From Candidatus Saccharimonadia bacterium (lineage in GTDB: Bacteria > Patescibacteriota > Saccharimonadia > UBA4664 > JBBRNT01): 64,000 nucleotides of DNA. Positions 18,478 through 29,122 of the stretch are shown in pieces. The position numbers and the translations under genes were made by a program. Every line of letters begins with the position of its first letter. Position 1 is the stretch's first letter. The notes under the pieces were generated by a model that did not search any database, was not told where the DNA came from, and saw only the letters and a program-made list of their open reading frames with translations. The stretch is taken from assembly GCA_038230095.1 (NCBI GenBank), contig JBBRNT010000005.1, positions 18,619 to 82,618 of the forward strand. Direction: 5' to 3'.

Positions 18478-19473
18478 CTATCGAATAAGTTCGGAGGCTC
18501 GGGTTAGATCCTGTTTGGCGCCCAGGATAATAAGGCGGTCGCCTGGGTAGATTACTTCTTTGCCGGTGGGGCGAACCCGGCTCTTGCCATCGGCACCATT
18601 AATAGCAATGACGGTAGCACCAATGGTGGACTCTGTGAGCTCGCTGAAATTGCCCAGCCGACGACCAGCTATTTTGGAGGTTTCCGTGACGACCATTTCT
18701 TCCACTTCTAGGTCCGGGCTGCCTTTCTGATTGCTGACAATGTCTAGGTAGTCCACCACATTAGGCCGTAGCGCCATGGTAGCCATATGATAACCACCAA
18801 TTTGGTATGGTAACGCCACCCGATCGGCGCCCGCTCGCTTAAGCTTGGGCTCATTGTCCTGACGGTTGGCGCGAGCCACTATATAGATCTCAGGGTTAAA
18901 CGATCTGGCTGCCAGCGTGACAAACAGATTGGCCGAGTCCTCTCCGAGTGTAGCCACCAGTCCCTGGGCTTGCTCAACGGCAGCTTCATGGAGAGCGGTC
19001 TCATCTGTGCTATCGGCCTGAAATGCCAGATAGCCTTTGGCCACGGCTTCAGCTACTCTCACGGGGTCCTTATCTAGAGCCACGAAGGCCACACCTTCGT
19101 GATGCATTTCGCGCGCTACCTGGCTACCGACGCGCCCAAGACCACATACAATGTAATGCCCTTTCAGCTTGGCAATTTTGGCTTTCATTTGACGTTTCCT
19201 GACATTTTCACCTATTCCAATCATATATTCGGCAAACCACTTAAGCAAATAACCCACCAGTACCAGGCTGGATAGGATAAGTGCCACCACGAGGATGCGG
19301 CTGCGAAGGTCGCTAAACCCATGGTGGTCATAGTGCGTAAGCAGGATGATTAATGTTGTGTAGAACGAATCGCCATAGTCGATACCGCCGGTGTAGGCGA
19401 ACCCCACCGTACCTAGTAGAAGCAGGATGACAGATATGCCACCAATATTGAGCAGAGTTCTACGACTATTCAC
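18478..19473 (-). CDS. 2-TM ion-channel-like protein with RCK (TrkA_N/TrkA_C) domains
   Basis: HYIVCGLGRVG Rossmann motif, AGADRV, C-terminal PGDRLIILG; pore filter non-canonical. Confidence 0.85.
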   Translation of the reverse strand: MNSRRTLLNIGGISVILLLLGTVGFAYTGGIDYGDSFYTTLIILLTHYDHHGFSDLRSRILVVALILSSLVLVGYLLKWFAEYMIGIGENVRKRQMKAKIAKLKGHYIVCGLGRVGSQVAREMHHEGVAFVALDKDPVRVAEAVAKGYLAFQADSTDETALHEAAVEQAQGLVATLGEDSANLFVTLAARSFNPEIYIVARANRQDNEPKLKRAGADRVALPYQIGGYHMATMALRPNVVDYLDIVSNQKGSPDLEVEEMVVTETSKIAGRRLGNFSELTESTIGATVIAINGADGKSRVRPTGKEVIYPGDRLIILGAKQDLTRASELIR

Positions 19474-19534
19474 CGGTCTATTATACCCGAAAGTTGTTAT
19501 GGTTGCTTGCCAGATTGCGCACACGTGGTAGACC

Positions 19535-19558
19535 AAAAAAGACCCCCGAAGGAGTCTT
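19535..19558 (-). terminator. terminator after rpsI
   Basis: AAGACTCC-TTCG-GGGGTCTT followed by T-run on minus strand. Confidence 0.8.
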
Positions 19559-19575
19559 GATTGATATAAGGCGCT

Positions 19576-19977
19576 TTAGCGCTTGGAGAACTGTGGGGCC
19601 TTGCGGGCGCGCTTGAGACCGGGCTTCTTGCGTTCCTTTTCACGGGGGTCACGGGTAAGTAGACCAGCTTTCTTCAGGGTTGGGCGCAGCTCGGCGCTCA
19701 TTTCCTGAAGGGCACGGGCCATAGCGAGGCGGGCTGCATCGGCCTGGCCAACTTTGCCACCGCCAATCACCTTAATTGTGGCCTGCATTTTGGTTTCCTG
19801 GCCAGCCAGCTTGAGGGGCTCTACCAAGGAAGCTTCGAGGGTAGCATTATTGAAGTAGTCAGAGGCGAGCTTGCCGTTGACCATGATCTCGCCTTTGCCC
19901 GCAAAGATGCGAGCGGTTGCGATAGCCGTCTTGCGACGGCCAAGAGCGTAGTAGTAGTGGGCTTTTGTATCAGCCAT
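19576..19977 (-). CDS. rpsI: 30S ribosomal protein S9
   Basis: GRRKTA, GGGKVGQA, ERKKPG..ARKAPQFSKR. Confidence 0.98.
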   Translation of the reverse strand: MADTKAHYYYALGRRKTAIATARIFAGKGEIMVNGKLASDYFNNATLEASLVEPLKLAGQETKMQATIKVIGGGKVGQADAARLAMARALQEMSAELRPTLKKAGLLTRDPREKERKKPGLKRARKAPQFSKR

Positions 19978-20411
19978 TATTTGAACTCAACTTTCTTTGG
20001 TGATTGACCAGCATGCGCATGCTCGCTACCCACGTAGACTTTGAGGCGACGCATACGATCGTCGGTAAGGCGGTTCTTAGGTAGCATCCCAGCGACAGCG
20101 TTCTCGATAACCTTGGTTGGGTCCTTTGCCATCATCTCTTCGAGCGATAGGCTGGTGAGACCACCTGGGTAACCGGAGTGGCGGTGGTATTGCTTCTGGG
20201 TGAGCTTATTACCAGTGACCTTGAGCTGGGCAGCATTAATAACAACGACATTGTCGCCGCCGTCGACGTGTGCCGAGAAATTGGTCTTGTTCTTACCCAT
20301 GATAATGGTAGCAATACGGCTAGAGAGACGACCAAGGGTAAGCTCGCTGGCGTCCACCAGATACCAGTTATGTGTAATATCAGCTTTTTTGGGTGAGAAT
20401 GTCTTAAGCAT
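19977..20411 (-). CDS. rplM: 50S ribosomal protein L13
   Basis: WYLVDA..LGRL, HSGYPGG, GMLPKN. Confidence 0.98.
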   Translation of the reverse strand: MLKTFSPKKADITHNWYLVDASELTLGRLSSRIATIIMGKNKTNFSAHVDGGDNVVVINAAQLKVTGNKLTQKQYHRHSGYPGGLTSLSLEEMMAKDPTKVIENAVAGMLPKNRLTDDRMRRLKVYVGSEHAHAGQSPKKVEFK

Positions 20412-20859
20412 TGTTTGCTCCTTCTGCTACTTTAGCGGTAGCCTTTGGCTTGGTAGCTGCTTTCTTGGCCTCTTTAGGGGCTTTCTCAGCGATAGCTACT
20501 GGCTTCTTGACTAGAGACACCTGAACCATGAGGGCGTTGTCGCCACGGCGGTTAGGAAGCTTAACAAGGCGTGTATAGCCACTGTTGCGGTCGGAAAGTG
20601 CTGGAAGAAGTTCTTCGATAAGCTTGCGAGCAGCGTTCTCCGTAAGGAGGAAGGCTGACAGGCTACGACGACTAGCGAGTGTACCCTGCTTGGCAGTCGT
20701 GACAAGCTTTTCGAAGTAAGGAACAATTTCTTTGCCCTTGGCTTCTGTAGTTACGATGGTCTCATACAACACGAGTGAGGTAACAAGGCCACGTACCAGT
20801 GCCCGACGTTGATCGGTATCGCGGGATAATTTTCGGCCCTGGAAACTATGGCGATGCAT
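20404..20859 (-). CDS. rplQ: 50S ribosomal protein L17
   Basis: MHRH..RKLSR, IVTTEAK, GYTRLVK..RRGDNA. Confidence 0.97.
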   Translation of the reverse strand: MHRHSFQGRKLSRDTDQRRALVRGLVTSLVLYETIVTTEAKGKEIVPYFEKLVTTAKQGTLASRRSLSAFLLTENAARKLIEELLPALSDRNSGYTRLVKLPNRRGDNALMVQVSLVKKPVAIAEKAPKEAKKAATKPKATAKVAEGANNA

Positions 20860-21800
20860 TATTCCCCCTGCTCCTCGCCGGTGGCAAAGCCGAGTTCAGC
20901 GATCTTGTCGCGGACTTCATCATAGGCCTTGGCGCCAAAACCCTTGAGGTCTTTGAGCTCGCTGTCGGTCAATCGGAGGAGGTCCTTAACAGACTTAATG
21001 TCATTGTTCATGAGGGCATTAGCGGTGCGTGGAGAGAAGTTAAGCTCTTCGATCATAATCTTCCCAGCACCAGTCTCGACGCGGTCATCACTGACGGCTG
21101 CTGCAGCAGTAACCTGAGGCTTGCCAGCAATGATAGAGAAGTGCTCAACCAATACCTCAGCGGCCTGAGACAAGGCGTCGGCCGGGGCAATAGTGCCATC
21201 GGTTTCAATTTCCATAACCAAGCGGTCGAAGTCGGTGCGCTGACCAACGCGAGTGTTCTCGACATTGTAGCGAACGCGCTGGACGGGGCTGTAGAGAGCA
21301 TCAACGGCAATCATACCGACTTCTAGCTTTTCGCCTTCGCGGCCCTCAACCGGCGCGTAACCACGGCCCTTTTCAATCTTGAGCTCCATACCGATCTTGG
21401 ACTTAGCGGCATCGAGAGTGGCAATGACTTGGTCGCCATTCACTATCTCGACGTCGGCTGTTCCCTTAATGTCGGAGGCTTTGACTTCACCCTTGCCGGT
21501 TTTGGACAGCATTACAAACTGTGGCTCGTCTGAGAACACGCGGAAGCGTAGCTTCTTCAGGTTGAGTAGAATCTCAACAACATCTTCTTTAACTCCATCG
21601 ATTGTCGAAAACTCGTGCGAGACGCTATCAATTTTGACAGCAGTAACGGCGGCTCCGCCCAGGCTCGATAGGATAACACGGCGCAGGGAATTACCAAGCG
21701 TCATACCGTAGCCAGAATACAATGGCTCGATAGCAAACGTGGCTTTGTTCCCATCTTCTTTGACCGGTTTTACTTCCGGTAATTGGATTTCGTAAATCAC
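20859..21800 (-). CDS. rpoA: RNA polymerase alpha subunit
   Basis: EPLYSGYGMTLGNSLRRVILSS, HEFSTIDGVKED. Confidence 0.98.
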   Translation of the reverse strand: MIYEIQLPEVKPVKEDGNKATFAIEPLYSGYGMTLGNSLRRVILSSLGGAAVTAVKIDSVSHEFSTIDGVKEDVVEILLNLKKLRFRVFSDEPQFVMLSKTGKGEVKASDIKGTADVEIVNGDQVIATLDAAKSKIGMELKIEKGRGYAPVEGREGEKLEVGMIAVDALYSPVQRVRYNVENTRVGQRTDFDRLVMEIETDGTIAPADALSQAAEVLVEHFSIIAGKPQVTAAAAVSDDRVETGAGKIMIEELNFSPRTANALMNNDIKSVKDLLRLTDSELKDLKGFGAKAYDEVRDKIAELGFATGEEQGE

Positions 21801-21825
21801 CTTCTAATCCTCTCTTGACCTTAAA

Positions 21826-22440
21826 TTAACGTGAATAGAACTCAATAATAAGCTGTTCCTGGATGTCCGCATCAATATCCTCGCGGGCCGGCAGTCCAGT
21901 AACCTTGGCTGACAATTTCTTGGCGTCTAAGCTGAGCCAGCGCACCTGCTCGGCAGATGACAGAGTCTCAGATAGGGCCTTGAAATAGCTATTGGCAGCA
22001 CTCTTCGGACGGACACTGAATACATCGCCTGGCTTGACTAGGATAGAGGGGATGTCAACGCGGCGATCGTTGAGCATGAAGTGACCATGTGTAACCAGCT
22101 GACGAGCAGCACGACGGGAAGTGGCAAAGCCCAGGCGGTAGACGGCGTTGTCTAGGCGCTGCTCTAGCAGCTGAAGGATAATGTCACCGGTAACACCGGT
22201 TTTACGCTCGGCGGTTTCAACCACGCGACGGAACTGCTTCTCTAGCAGGCCGTATGTGCGCTTGACCTTCTGCTTTTCACGCAGCTGGATGGCGTACTGG
22301 CTGGGCTTAGAACGGCCTTGAGTCTGACCGTGCTGGCCAGGACCGTAAGCGCGCTTAGCCATAGCCTTAACAGCCTTGGGATGCAGGGCGGTCTTCTCGC
22401 GGCGCGAGCGCTTAACAATAGAAACTAGATCTCGTGCCAT
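21826..22440 (-). CDS. rpsD: 30S ribosomal protein S4
   Basis: PGQHG, QLREKQK, LEQRLDN, ARQLVTHGH. Confidence 0.98.
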   Translation of the reverse strand: MARDLVSIVKRSRREKTALHPKAVKAMAKRAYGPGQHGQTQGRSKPSQYAIQLREKQKVKRTYGLLEKQFRRVVETAERKTGVTGDIILQLLEQRLDNAVYRLGFATSRRAARQLVTHGHFMLNDRRVDIPSILVKPGDVFSVRPKSAANSYFKALSETLSSAEQVRWLSLDAKKLSAKVTGLPAREDIDADIQEQLIIEFYSR

Positions 22441-22841
22441 TAGACTCTCCTTGCCTTTCGGGGACGGCAGCCATTGTGTGGGATACCTGTAACGTCCTTG
22501 ATGCTTGCAACACTAATACCAGCGGCCATAAGGGCGCGGATAGCAGACTCACGGCCACTACCAACGCCACGTACGAAGACGTCGACTTTGGCGAGACCAA
22601 ACTCCTTAGCTGCTGCAGCAGCCTTCTCTGAAGCCATCTGTGCGGCGTAGGGAGTACTCTTACGTGACCCCTTGAACCCGGCGGCGCCTGAACTAGACCA
22701 GCTCAGGAGATTGCCACTGGTATCAGTAATAGAAACGATCGTGTTATTGAACGTAGACTGGATGTGCATTTGACCAACAGCCACAGAACGCTTGGTTTTG
22801 CGACGACGAGTGGTATTTGCTTTGGGGGTTGGGTTTGCCAT
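22440..22841 (-). CDS. rpsK: 30S ribosomal protein S11
   Basis: [23 protein letters not shown]. Confidence 0.98.
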   Translation of the reverse strand: MANPTPKANTTRRRKTKRSVAVGQMHIQSTFNNTIVSITDTSGNLLSWSSSGAAGFKGSRKSTPYAAQMASEKAAAAAKEFGLAKVDVFVRGVGSGRESAIRALMAAGISVASIKDVTGIPHNGCRPRKARRV

Positions 22842-22871
22842 GTATGCTTTCCGTTACTGTTCTGGTATTAC

Positions 22872-23258
22872 TTATGTCTTTGCGGCGGCTTTTTTGCGTC
22901 CGCTACCCATGGTGACCTTCTTGCCGCGCTTGGTGCGGGCGTTGGTCTTGGTGCGCTGGCCACGTACTGGAAGATTGGCTTTGTGGCGAAGGCCACGGAA
23001 GCTACCAATTTCCTTGAGTCGCTTAATGTTCTGGCTAACGACACGGGCTAGATCACCTTCAACTTGGTACTTCTTATCGATCTCATCGCGAAGGCGAATG
23101 ACTTCGGCCTCGGTGAGGTCCTTGACGCGAGTGTCGGGATTAACCTTGGTTGTCTCAAGAATGCGAGCAGCGAAGGCTGGCCCAATACCATAAATATAGG
23201 TAAGAGCAATGACTACGCGCTTGTCGGTCGGAATATTTACACCAGCGATACGTGCCAT
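22872..23258 (-). CDS. rpsM: 30S ribosomal protein S13
   Basis: [30 protein letters not shown]. Confidence 0.98.
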   Translation of the reverse strand: MARIAGVNIPTDKRVVIALTYIYGIGPAFAARILETTKVNPDTRVKDLTEAEVIRLRDEIDKKYQVEGDLARVVSQNIKRLKEIGSFRGLRHKANLPVRGQRTKTNARTKRGKKVTMGSGRKKAAAKT

Positions 23259-23372
23259 TTAGCCTTGCCTCTGTTTATGCTTCGGGGTTTCACAAATAAC
23301 GTATACGACGCCTTCGCGACGCACAACTTTGCACTTCGAGCAGATTTTCTTAACGCTTGCTCGGACTTTCAC
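23259..23372 (-). CDS. rpmJ: 50S ribosomal protein L36 (below ORF-track cutoff)
   Basis: Manual translation from GTG: [37 protein letters not shown]. Confidence 0.97.
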   Translation of the reverse strand: MKVRASVKKICSKCKVVRREGVVYVICETPKHKQRQG

Positions 23373-23389
23373 TTACCTAAGCTCCTGGG

Positions 23390-23611
23390 TTATTTATGAC
23401 GATAGGTAATCCGTGCCTTAGAGAGATCATATGGAGTCATTTCCATGGTCACTTTGTCTCCGGGCAGAATCTTAATGTAGTGCATGCGCATCTTGCCAGA
23501 AATGTGGGCCAGGACGACATGTCCGTTCTCGAGCTCGACTCGAAACATTGCATTCGGCAGAGTCTCAAGGACGGTGCCACCAACTTCAATTACTTCTTTG
23601 GTGTCAGACAT
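23390..23611 (-). CDS. infA: translation initiation factor IF-1
   Basis: [28 protein letters not shown]. Confidence 0.98.
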   Translation of the reverse strand: MSDTKEVIEVGGTVLETLPNAMFRVELENGHVVLAHISGKMRMHYIKILPGDKVTMEMTPYDLSKARITYRHK

Positions 23612-23696
23612 AAGATATGGTACTACAATGTGTGATTATAGATAATCTGAGGCCACTTGTAAAGGGATTTAGGTGGTTTTTATTCATAATTCCTCT

Positions 23697-25010
23697 TTAA
23701 TAGCTCTCATAGGACAGGGTTTGAGCCTGAGAGCTGATTTGACGAACGGTTTCTAGCGCAACACTCACTACGATCAGAACGCTCGTACCACCGATTGTGA
23801 GTACCGTAGAACGCGTGAATGACTGAATAATGAATGGAAGTATGGCTATGAGCCCAAGGCCCAGTGCGCCGGCTAAGGTGATGCGGTTGACCACTTTGCG
23901 TAAATACTCTGCGGTCTGGTTGCCTGGACGGATGCCTGGTACAAAGCCACCCTGTTTCTGTAGGTTCTCGGCAATGTCGGTGGGATTAAACACCACCGCG
24001 GTATAGAAATAGGTAAAGGAAACGACGAGGACAAAGTACGCCACAGCGTAGACCCAGCCATTGGGGTTAAACCAGGCCTGGAGGGCTTTGGCGCTATGAG
24101 CGACCCAGGCCGTCTTGGCATTGGTAAAGAGCTGCCCCAGGAACGTAGGTACTGACAGGAAGGCGAGGGCAAATATGATAGGGATGACACCGGCCGTGAT
24201 TACCCGCAGCGGCAAGTGGGTGTCTACTCCGGCGAAGACCCGACTGCCCCGAACGCGCTTAGCATAGGATACTGGCACATTGCGCTGGCCCTCATTCAGA
24301 ATGACGACGAAGTAGATGATGGCCAGGGTGGCGGCCAGAAACCCAAGTAGCGTGAGGATCTTCCCGGTGTCACCCGTAGCAAGGCTCAAGTATTGCCCAG
24401 CGCTGGCGGGTAGTCTCGACAAAATACCACTGAGGATGATGAGCGAAATACCATTACCAATCCCCTTCTCTGTGATGAGCTCACCGAGCCACATAAGCAG
24501 GAGTGAGCCGCCGGTAACGGTGGTGATCATGAGCACCCAGTTGGCAAATGTTGGCGAGCCAATAAGATTGGTACCAGACACACTGATAGATGTCTGCTGA
24601 ACCAAGATGATGGTACCGAATGACTGAATGATCGCCAGCGGCAGCGTCAGCATACGAGTGTATTGATTGATTTTCTGTCGACCGCTCTCGCCTTCTTTGC
24701 TGAGGGCTTCTAAGCTGGGGATAACCTGGGTAAGGAGCTGGATGATGATGGAGGCGTTAATGTAGGGCCCAACACCCATCATGATGATGGAGAAATTGGT
24801 CAGAGCGCCGCCCGAGAACAGATCGGCAAAGCCAAGCAAGCGATTGGAATTAAAGAGTGTCTTGAGGAAGCTCGCTAGGGCCTGGTTATCTGGAACAGGT
24901 ACGGGTATGTGCGCGAGCAGGCGGAATATAACCAAAAGACCCGCCACAATAAAGACCTTGCGACGGAGTTCTTTGGAGCTAGTGATTTGGCGAAGTGTTT
25001 CGAAATTCAT
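23697..25010 (-). CDS. secY: preprotein translocase SecY
   Basis: FSGGAL, GVGPYINASII, ITEKGIGNGISL, PGIRPG. Confidence 0.98.
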   Translation of the reverse strand: MNFETLRQITSSKELRRKVFIVAGLLVIFRLLAHIPVPVPDNQALASFLKTLFNSNRLLGFADLFSGGALTNFSIIMMGVGPYINASIIIQLLTQVIPSLEALSKEGESGRQKINQYTRMLTLPLAIIQSFGTIILVQQTSISVSGTNLIGSPTFANWVLMITTVTGGSLLLMWLGELITEKGIGNGISLIILSGILSRLPASAGQYLSLATGDTGKILTLLGFLAATLAIIYFVVILNEGQRNVPVSYAKRVRGSRVFAGVDTHLPLRVITAGVIPIIFALAFLSVPTFLGQLFTNAKTAWVAHSAKALQAWFNPNGWVYAVAYFVLVVSFTYFYTAVVFNPTDIAENLQKQGGFVPGIRPGNQTAEYLRKVVNRITLAGALGLGLIAILPFIIQSFTRSTVLTIGGTSVLIVVSVALETVRQISSQAQTLSYESY

Positions 25011-25018
25011 GGGCTGCC

Positions 25019-25495
25019 TTATTTAGCAGCAGGCTCAGTGGATTCACGCTTCTGGCTCGCTACGAGCTCTATTGTACCACCGACAGCTTCAATTTTAGAA
25101 ATAGCAGTTTTGCTTGCAGCTTGGACCTTGACCGTGAGCTTCTTGGTGAACTCGCCGTTACCCAGGAGCTTGATAGCCAGGTGGGCTGACTTAACGAGCC
25201 CAAGCTCAGCGAGCATGGTAGCGTCGACAGTAGCACCAGTCTTAAACGTCTCAAGGCTGGACAGATTAACCACTTGGAAGTCCTTGTGGTTGAGTGCCCG
25301 GAAACCACGCTTCTTTGGGAGACGCTTAGCTAGCTTGTTCTGACCACCTTCGAAGCCGACACGTACACCACCACCAGTGCGAGAGTTCTGACCCTTGGTA
25401 CCACGACCAGCGGTTTTACCACCACCGGCAGATATACCACGGCCAACGCGCTTGCGCTTAGGCTGGGCACTGACTGAGAGTTCGTGAATTTTCAT
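25019..25495 (-). CDS. rplO: 50S ribosomal protein L15
   Basis: RVGRG..GKTAGRGTKGQ, FEGGQ. Confidence 0.98.
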   Translation of the reverse strand: MKIHELSVSAQPKRKRVGRGISAGGGKTAGRGTKGQNSRTGGGVRVGFEGGQNKLAKRLPKKRGFRALNHKDFQVVNLSSLETFKTGATVDATMLAELGLVKSAHLAIKLLGNGEFTKKLTVKVQAASKTAISKIEAVGGTIELVASQKRESTEPAAK

Positions 25496-26043
25496 TATTT
25501 CTTCTCCGTCTTAGGCGCTTTTGGCTCAGTTGCAGCCTTAGCTTCGGCCTTGATTGTGGCAACCACCTTCTCGGCAGACTTATCAGTCTGGCCAGTAATA
25601 CGGCGGAGCTGCGTCAGACCAATAATGGTGGCGTAGGCGTTGTTGACCTTGCTGGATGAGCCAAGTGACTTGGCGAGGATGTCGCGGATACCAGCGGCTT
25701 CAACGACACTACGGACAGCGCCACCGGCGATAACGCCTGTCCCCTCAGAAGCCGGCTTCATCATGATCTGGGCGCCTGAGAAGCGAACATTGACCTCATG
25801 AGGAATAGTGTTGCGGACCATAGGTACAGTGATCATGTGCTTCTTAGCAGTAGCGACAGCTTTAGCGATTGAGGTCATGACCTCTGAGCCCTTGCCGACA
25901 CCAACGCCGACGCGGCCTTTGCCGTCACCCACTACTACAGTGGCGCGGAAGCGGAAGCGACGCCCACCCTTGACCACACGGGTCACACGAGCAATATCGA
26001 TTACTTTCTCTTCAAACTCTTTGATTTCAGGTGTAATAGCCAT
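25495..26043 (-). CDS. rpsE: 30S ribosomal protein S5
   Basis: [26 protein letters not shown]. Confidence 0.98.
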   Translation of the reverse strand: MAITPEIKEFEEKVIDIARVTRVVKGGRRFRFRATVVVGDGKGRVGVGVGKGSEVMTSIAKAVATAKKHMITVPMVRNTIPHEVNVRFSGAQIMMKPASEGTGVIAGGAVRSVVEAAGIRDILAKSLGSSSKVNNAYATIIGLTQLRRITGQTDKSAEKVVATIKAEAKAATEPKAPKTEKK

Positions 26044-26390
26044 TAGAACTCCAATCCTTTGCTACGAGCTGCTTCAGCCAGCGCGTGTAGGCGGCCATGA
26101 TAGAGCCGAGAACCGCGGTCGAAGACCACTTTCTTAATCTTGTGCTTCGTGGCCTGCTCAGCTATTTGCTCGCCAATAGTTTTGGCTTTTTCGGTCATAG
26201 TACCCTTAGCTGTGCCACGAGTCGTAGTGGCGTAGGCCAGCGTCTTACCGATGGTGTCGTCGATAAGCTGGGCGGTGATGTGTCGGTTGGTAATTGCTAC
26301 CGACAGACGAGGACGCTCGGCCGTGCCGGAAACACGAGCGCGAACTCGGTTACGGCGACGGGCGGCTTGTTGTAGTTTTAGTTCTATCAT
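26043..26390 (-). CDS. rplR: 50S ribosomal protein L18
   Basis: [22 protein letters not shown]; start set at MIELK. Confidence 0.96.
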   Translation of the reverse strand: MIELKLQQAARRRNRVRARVSGTAERPRLSVAITNRHITAQLIDDTIGKTLAYATTTRGTAKGTMTEKAKTIGEQIAEQATKHKIKKVVFDRGSRLYHGRLHALAEAARSKGLEF

Positions 26391-26394
26391 GGTC

Positions 26395-26934
26395 TTAACC
26401 CTTTGCCGCAGTCTTACCGGCCTTACGGCGGATGTGTTCTTCAATATATTTGATGCCCTTGCCCTTGTATGGTTCAGGCTTTTTCAGAGCGCGGATATTG
26501 GCAGCTACCTGGCCGACTAATTGCTTGTCGAAGCCGGAGATAGTGACAATGTTCTTTTCAACGGCTGCAGTGACACCAGCAGGAAGCTGGAAGGCAACTG
26601 GGTGAGAAAAACCGAGGCTCAGATTGACAACCGAGCCGCTGACAGCCGCGCGGTAACCGACGCCGTTAATCTCGAGCTGGCGGGTATACCCCGTAGTAGC
26701 TCCAATGATGGCATTGGCGACCAGGGTACGGATGAGACCGAAGGACTTAATGGTCTCTGGGTTCTGCTCGATTTGGCTTACCTGAAGCACGTCCCCATCT
26801 TGCTTGATCGCAATGCCTGGTAGTAGCGTGACTTGGAGCTCGCCCTTTGGGCCCTTCACAGTGATTAGACTTGCTGTCTGCTCTACTGTAACGCCTGATG
26901 GTACTTGGATTGGTTTACGTCCGATTCGACTCAT
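26395..26934 (-). CDS. rplF: 50S ribosomal protein L6
   Basis: MSRIGRKP, GVGYRA, PEPYKGKGI. Confidence 0.98.
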   Translation of the reverse strand: MSRIGRKPIQVPSGVTVEQTASLITVKGPKGELQVTLLPGIAIKQDGDVLQVSQIEQNPETIKSFGLIRTLVANAIIGATTGYTRQLEINGVGYRAAVSGSVVNLSLGFSHPVAFQLPAGVTAAVEKNIVTISGFDKQLVGQVAANIRALKKPEPYKGKGIKYIEEHIRRKAGKTAAKG

Positions 26935-26935
26935 A

Positions 26936-27316
26936 TTACCACACCTTACAGATTAATTCGCCACCGAGACCAGCTTTGCGTGCAGCTTTGCCGGTCATAA
27001 TGCCTGCAGAAGTCGAAATGATCACAATACCGCGGCCGCTAAGTACGGTAGGGATACCATCGGCAGCAGTGTAGACGCGGCGACCAGGCTTGGAGATACG
27101 GATGAGGCTCGTAACCACTGATTGCTCAGCTAGAGTCACCATCAGCACCCTGTGAATGCCTTCACCATCGGTAGCAACGTCAGTAATATAGCCAGCTTCT
27201 TTGAGAATGCGAGCAATCTCAGCTTTGACTTTAGAGAAAGGAATACGAACGCTTTCGTGCCGTGCAGCAATAGCGTTGCGAATCCTGGTTAACATGTCGG
27301 AGATTGGATCTGTCAT
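26936..27316 (-). CDS. rpsH: 30S ribosomal protein S8
   Basis: DPISDMLTRIRNA, SKPGRRVY, GGELIC. Confidence 0.98.
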   Translation of the reverse strand: MTDPISDMLTRIRNAIAARHESVRIPFSKVKAEIARILKEAGYITDVATDGEGIHRVLMVTLAEQSVVTSLIRISKPGRRVYTAADGIPTVLSGRGIVIISTSAGIMTGKAARKAGLGGELICKVW

Positions 27317-27326
27317 AGTGTTGCTC

Positions 27327-27512
27327 CTACCAACTTGCCTTGGTTACACCGGGGATCTGACCGCGACTTGCACGTTCGCGGAAACAGATTCGGCACATAC
27401 CAAATTTACGAATATAGCCATGAGGTCGACCGCAGAGCTGGCACCGGTTCACCTGGCGAGTCGAGAACTTCGGTTTACGATTGGCCTTAACGACCATAGA
27501 TTTCTTTGCCAT
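27327..27512 (-). CDS. rpsN: 30S ribosomal protein S14 (Zn-binding type Z)
   Basis: RCQLCGR..CRICFRE..KASW. Confidence 0.97.
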   Translation of the reverse strand: MAKKSMVVKANRKPKFSTRQVNRCQLCGRPHGYIRKFGMCRICFRERASRGQIPGVTKASW

Positions 27513-28057
27513 TATGCGTTCCTCCTAAACGGAAAGCCCATGAGTTCGAGCAGGCGCTTGCCTTCGGCAGTGCTCTGAGCTGTAGTTACAATGTTGACCT
27601 GGAGGCCAATGCTTGTACTAGCTTCTTCAAACGAGATCTCTGGGAAGATAGTGTGATCATTTAAACCTAGGCTGTAGTTGCCCTTAGGATCAAAAGCAGT
27701 AGTTGAAATACCACGGAAGTCGCGGATGCGGGGTAGAGTGACAGCGACTAGGCGGTCGAGGAACTCGTACATGCGCTCGCCACGGAGAGTAACAGTGGCA
27801 CCAATCTTATTGCCCTCGCGTAGCTTAAAGCTAGCGACGCTCTTCTTGGCAATAGTCTGGACTGGCTGCTGGCCGGTAATCTTCCCGAGAATAGCAGTGG
27901 CGTCTTCGACATGCTTCGAGTCGGCAGTGGCGCGGCCTACGCCAGCATTGACCACTACCTTGGTAAGCTTAGGTACCTGGTGAACATTCTTGTAGCCAAA
28001 CTCTTTGGTGAGTTCTGCGCGGATAGTCTGGTTGTACTTGTCTTGAATAATACTCAT
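27512..28057 (-). CDS. rplE: 50S ribosomal protein L5
   Basis: [21 protein letters not shown]. Confidence 0.98.
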   Translation of the reverse strand: MSIIQDKYNQTIRAELTKEFGYKNVHQVPKLTKVVVNAGVGRATADSKHVEDATAILGKITGQQPVQTIAKKSVASFKLREGNKIGATVTLRGERMYEFLDRLVAVTLPRIRDFRGISTTAFDPKGNYSLGLNDHTIFPEISFEEASTSIGLQVNIVTTAQSTAEGKRLLELMGFPFRRNA

Positions 28058-28500
28058 GATTTCTTCTCTTTGGTTGCGGCTACCTTGCCTTTGGCCTTTG
28101 GTGCTGCCTTGGCGGCTACTTCGGGCTTTGCTGCCTTCTCGACTTTGGTCTTATCGGCTTTGTCGGCCTTGTCGCTCTTGTCAGACTTAGGCTTTGAGGC
28201 GTTTGGTGACACCTTGAACACACGCTCTTTCACACCGGCCTTGGAGACGGTATAGCCAACGCGAGCTGGCTTGCCAGTGGCTGGGTCGAGGACCATAACC
28301 TTGCTGACGTTAACACCCTTAGTAATTTCTAGGATGCCACCGCGGGGCTGCTTGTTGCTAGGCTTGGTGTGACGCTTGGCAATGTTGATGCCTTCGACAA
28401 CTACCTTGTTCTCGGTGGGTAGTACAGCTAGGATCTTACCGATCTTGCCCTTGTCGCGGCCAGCAATAACGACGACTGAATCGCCTTTACGGAGTTTCAT
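28054..28500 (-). CDS. rplX: 50S ribosomal protein L24 with K/A/D-rich tail
   Basis: KGDSVVVIAGRDKGK, VEGIN. Confidence 0.97.
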   Translation of the reverse strand: MKLRKGDSVVVIAGRDKGKIGKILAVLPTENKVVVEGINIAKRHTKPSNKQPRGGILEITKGVNVSKVMVLDPATGKPARVGYTVSKAGVKERVFKVSPNASKPKSDKSDKADKADKTKVEKAAKPEVAAKAAPKAKGKVAATKEKKS

Positions 28501-28868
28501 TACAGCACCTCCGGAGCAAGTGAAATGATCTTCATATAGCCACCATCGCGGAGCTCGCGGGCAATTGGTCCAAAAATACGAGTGCCACGAGGTAGCTTGG
28601 CCTTATCGATCAGAACGGCAGCGTTATCGTCGAACCGGATGCTCGATCCATCAGGGCGAACGCAAATAGATGTAGTTCGCACAATAACGGCCTGCACGAT
28701 CTCCTTCTTCTTGACGCCGGCACCAGGAGTAGCTGACTTTACGCTAGCCGTGATGATATCGCCAACACCAGCGTAACGGCGGCGAGAGCCACCGAGCACC
28801 TTGATGCAGTATATTTCGCGGGCGCCACTATTGTCGGCGACGCGTAGTCTGGTTTCTGCTTGAATCAT
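28500..28868 (-). CDS. rplN: 50S ribosomal protein L14
   Basis: VADNSGA, FDDNAAV, GTRIFGP. Confidence 0.98.
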   Translation of the reverse strand: MIQAETRLRVADNSGAREIYCIKVLGGSRRRYAGVGDIITASVKSATPGAGVKKKEIVQAVIVRTTSICVRPDGSSIRFDDNAAVLIDKAKLPRGTRIFGPIARELRDGGYMKIISLAPEVL

Positions 28869-29122
28869 ACGAGATCCTCCTGTGGAGCTGCGCTGATTAC
28901 CTTAGATACGGTAAAGCGCTTCTGAGCAGATAGCGGCCGAGTCTCACTAATTTCAACAACATCGCCAGTATGGCAGCTGTTGTCGGCATCATGAGCCTTG
29001 AACCGGGTAGTTACTTGGTACTTCTTGCGATAGATGGGATGTTCTTTGACACTGGCCACAGCAACCACCACTGTCTTGTCCATTTTGTCAGATACCACCG
29101 TCCCGCGTAATGTTCGAATCAT
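28865..29122 (-). CDS. rpsQ: 30S ribosomal protein S17
   Basis: [21 protein letters not shown]. Confidence 0.97.
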   Translation of the reverse strand: MIRTLRGTVVSDKMDKTVVVAVASVKEHPIYRKKYQVTTRFKAHDADNSCHTGDVVEISETRPLSAQKRFTVSKVISAAPQEDLV

